A stretch of 62,924 nucleotides of DNA, filler included, from Licmophora abbreviata (Eukaryota), in the NCBI GenBank assembly GCA_900291995.1. It is 13 parts of 13 records of this genome, joined end to end, with 100 filler letters (N's around TTAATTAATTAA, not from the genome) between each part and the next. Parts side by side here need not be neighbours in the genome. Positions count along the whole stretch, not along the records: positions 59,895 to 62,924 come from OLMU01003483.1; 12 more parts are not named here. The stretch is one strand, 5' to 3'. Below are positions 59,946-62,924 of the stretch, piece after piece (the first letter of the stretch is position 1; every line of letters starts with the position of its first letter). The notes below the pieces were generated by a model. That model ran no database searches. It was not told the DNA's origin and was given only the letters and a program-made list of their open reading frames with translations. Both the position numbers and the translations under genes were made by a program.

Positions 59946-62666
59946 CTAATCTATCTTCGGTGCATATAGCCAGTACGGTATTGCTTCCTCGTATTCACCA
60001 CCATCTTCATACTCTACGTCAACCTCAAGACTCGGGTGCACGCGAAGTACTGTTGCAGAGAAGTATTCACCACTCTCCTCCCAATCTACCCACAGCTGGG
60101 ATCCTTCTTCCACTGGGGAGTAGGGGCGAATGTTGGACTCGCGCAAAGCGAGACGCACTGTACCATCGTCAAACTCAACGTCGTACGAGATGTCCTCGTC
60201 CCGATATGCCCGTATCTTGATTATCTTGCCTCGCATCCACCACCCGGAATCTCTGGATCGAGAGAACACTACTTCTCCAACGTTCAAATGTGAATCTTCT
60301 ATGTTGATGCGAGTCCACCGTGCGTTCTGAGGCCTGCGTGGTTCCATGTCCTTGATGTCAGCTCGTTGGCGTCGATGGTTTCGAAGCTGTGATTGAAGCT
60401 TCATCGCCTGTGTTGGTAGATTGGACAAATTTCTACTGCTTGTCCCGACGAGAGCTTCAGTCCTTGGAAACAGCAAGTTCCGCTTCCAATGATACAAGTA
60501 TCTTTGTGATTCATCTGCTAGACGCGTCTCTCGCTGGAGACCAAAACGATACTCCGCAAGCAAGTAGGCAATTTCTTGCTGAACGAACCCCCGCGCCTTG
60601 CTGCCTTGCGCTAGAAGCGCGACACGCGTGTATTCTAGACCTTCTTCGTCCGACATGACTCTCCATTCTCCCGACCGGTAATCTTGCTGTACGAATCGAC
60701 CATGAGGCATCATCGAAGACACTACAAGCTGGATCACACCATCTGCAATTTTTTTGGGTAATCCAACATAGCTCTTGAAATACGGCGCCTGCAACGACAC
60801 TAATCTCGTATAGGCTTCGTTGCCAGGGTGGAAGTCTAAGAAGCGATCAAAGCCTCGCAGGAAGCGGGCGTCATAACGGCTCCCCACGAGTACGTCGGTG
60901 CGTTGTGGAGCAGTCGTCCGTCCGCTCGTGACGGCTCCTTCCACGATGACTTCATTTGTTGGGTTCGGAAATCGCAGAAGCATCCGTCGGGTAGCAATGT
61001 CCGTCGCAAAGGTCGTTTCCTTCATGCCCTTCATGACGAGATAATACAGCAAAAGCATGAGCCCGTGAAGGTATGCCATCCGGAGTATTGTCCCAGTTAC
61101 AATGCGACGGTCTTTCCAGAGAAGAGCGAGTACAACCACAAGAGCAAGGTGGATCGCATGTGCGGAACCAACGGCAATGGCAAAAAAGGAGCCACACTTT
61201 TGAAACGTTTCGCGCAAATACGTCGTCCAGGCATATCTGTCGTCTCCGACGGGGCCCTGTAGAAACTCTGGAATGCCTAACTTGGAAACAAACTGGTTGA
61301 CAAAGACGGGAAGGTCTTCCACACAAGCGCCGTCCTCGTTGTTGGCCATTCGTAGCGCAGACGATGTGATAAAATCGAAACCATACTTTCGATCCTTCGG
61401 TTTCCATACTCCCAGACATCGCAGTATTGAGAATGGCTTTGCCATGGACGCATGCGCGTCATGCATGTCCTCGAATGTATGCCCCCACATATTCCACTTC
61501 ATATGAAAGTAGGTTCCACGCGATAGCTGTCGTCGATCATGTGTCAAGTCGGGACGTGGAAGAAACGTGACGGTAAACAGTATCCGCTCTGGGGCAAGCG
61601 GATCGCGATGAGCGGCGCCACGATGCCATGCTTGCTGACTAATGATCGCGGCGTCTCCACTGTGCCAGATCCCATCAGGAGATGCTTCGTTTACCTGAAG
61701 GCCATATTTTTCGCATAGGAGCTCCATACTATCCGCATCGTTGCAATAGTGCGTCCCCGGCAACAGGTCGGTAGCCCCCATTTCCCTGGTTGTGTCTTGC
61801 AGTGGGATGAAAACAGTGTACGACTGCACATAGGTGCGGGCAAACTTGAAAGGACTTCCATCCACCTTGACGTCAGCGTGCCAAACTTGCGCTGGGCAAC
61901 CAAAGAAGGCAATGATGGGACTCAGCTCCGACAGTGCAGGATCGGGACCTAGCAGACCTTCCATCAGAGGCTTGAGCTGTGGGTGCGATGCAATTTCCTC
62001 TAATGCGACAGACAGAATCGGATCCTCCGTTGCGTCGAGTGTAAATGAGCGTCGATTACGTCCCTGTGACACCGGCAGCTCCTTCTCCGCTGGGAGAGAA
62101 TTGCTCTGTCGCACTATGAATTCCCGAAGGGTAGTGATCGTGTTCTGTGAGAGTAGCCGAGGTAGTACCGCAGCGCCGTGTTTTCTCACAACATCCACCG
62201 CTTCCACCGTCGATGAATTCTGAGATATAATCAGGTCGGAAAGATTTGTTGTACTGATATCATCGGCGTTACAGGTACGATCATAATAAGTGAACTCATT
62301 GCTCAAGTGTTCGTCGTTTCGCTCGGCTGCCTTGAGGAAAGGTACAAAGTAGTCTTCATGCAGTTGGCCGAATCCATAAACTATCAAAAACAAAGTAAAT
62401 AGCGTGACCAGCGGAATGTCCAAAATAAGCGTCCGCAAGAGGAGGAATAATCGACTATTTGAGCGTCGCTTCGTTGGCATCGAGGAGCATATCTTCTCCG
62501 AATTGGTCAAGGTGCTGCTACTAGTTTGGCGTCTTTGCTGCCTTGACAAGTGCGTTCGGAACAAATCCATGCCCCCGTTTCGTTCCACTCGTGAAGATCC
62601 CTCTAAACTGCTGTGAGAATTTCCGTTTGACGTCGATGCGTCGCCATTGGGTGCATCAGTCGTCAT
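59946..62666 (-). CDS. Membrane-anchored PhyH-type Fe(II)/2OG dioxygenase with DUF6824-like and tandem Tudor-like domains
   Basis: QVWHAD, FIPLQD, GAT..PGTH and WHRG; three TM segments; DVLVG..HPGN..GRF; two Tudor-like repeats ending YDVEFDDG and DVEYEDG. Intronless, 906 aa. Confidence 0.8.
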   Translation of the reverse strand: MTTDAPNGDASTSNGNSHSSLEGSSRVERNGGMDLFRTHLSRQQRRQTSSSTLTNSEKICSSMPTKRRSNSRLFLLLRTLILDIPLVTLFTLFLIVYGFGQLHEDYFVPFLKAAERNDEHLSNEFTYYDRTCNADDISTTNLSDLIISQNSSTVEAVDVVRKHGAAVLPRLLSQNTITTLREFIVRQSNSLPAEKELPVSQGRNRRSFTLDATEDPILSVALEEIASHPQLKPLMEGLLGPDPALSELSPIIAFFGCPAQVWHADVKVDGSPFKFARTYVQSYTVFIPLQDTTREMGATDLLPGTHYCNDADSMELLCEKYGLQVNEASPDGIWHSGDAAIISQQAWHRGAAHRDPLAPERILFTVTFLPRPDLTHDRRQLSRGTYFHMKWNMWGHTFEDMHDAHASMAKPFSILRCLGVWKPKDRKYGFDFITSSALRMANNEDGACVEDLPVFVNQFVSKLGIPEFLQGPVGDDRYAWTTYLRETFQKCGSFFAIAVGSAHAIHLALVVVLALLWKDRRIVTGTILRMAYLHGLMLLLYYLVMKGMKETTFATDIATRRMLLRFPNPTNEVIVEGAVTSGRTTAPQRTDVLVGSRYDARFLRGFDRFLDFHPGNEAYTRLVSLQAPYFKSYVGLPKKIADGVIQLVVSSMMPHGRFVQQDYRSGEWRVMSDEEGLEYTRVALLAQGSKARGFVQQEIAYLLAEYRFGLQRETRLADESQRYLYHWKRNLLFPRTEALVGTSSRNLSNLPTQAMKLQSQLRNHRRQRADIKDMEPRRPQNARWTRINIEDSHLNVGEVVFSRSRDSGWWMRGKIIKIRAYRDEDISYDVEFDDGTVRLALRESNIRPYSPVEEGSQLWVDWEESGEYFSATVLRVHPSLEVDVEYEDGGEYEEAIPYWLYAPKID

Positions 62667-62924
62667 GGTGAATCATCGATCATTTTCCGTTGAGGGTCAA
62701 TCTTGTTGCGAATGCGAATAGCTCGATGCAAAATTGCGCGACACCGATTGTGACACAGACACACAGCCATGCCACAACCCATCGGGAACTCGAATCAGGC
62801 CCAGACGCTGACCTCCAAGCAAGCAGCCCAGGCCGTGATGGTTTCTGTCGGTTTCTGTACAATTCTACGTGATCTCAGTACACTTGAACGCGGCCGTTCA
62901 CGTTAGTCACGTTTGACCGTCGTG

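Overview
Gene-dense eukaryotic nuclear DNA, most likely from a diatom and probably a pennate one. This is inferred from a frustulin-type ACR protein, many bipartite signal-plus-transit plastid presequences, short GT-AG introns and a DUF6824-like domain. The window is a draft scaffold broken by twelve artificial 100-nt linkers (N44-TTAATTAATTAA-N44). Several linkers fall inside continuous genes, so the local order is real at least at those joins. I can support about 36 protein-coding genes or gene fragments and one tRNA-Pro(AGG). I saw no transposon, rRNA or CRISPR array. Housekeeping genes include UTP13, NBP35, a CDKC-type kinase, RNase Z, VPS41, PRIMPOL, EngB, an FKBP, a MATE transporter and an SLC35F transporter. 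The most interesting items are unusual protein architectures: (1) a probably plastid-targeted DTW (tRNA acp3U synthase)-GNAT acetyltransferase fusion, a candidate two-step tRNA-modifying enzyme; (2) a nicotinic-like Cys-loop cation channel with an intact aromatic box; (3) an EF-hand-Tic20 fusion; (4) a membrane PhyH dioxygenase-DUF6824-tandem Tudor protein; (5) a minimal Lys-rich two-ACR frustulin; (6) a DIX-domain protein; (7) a STAS-less SLC26 transporter. All family calls come from recognising motifs by eye; no searches were run.
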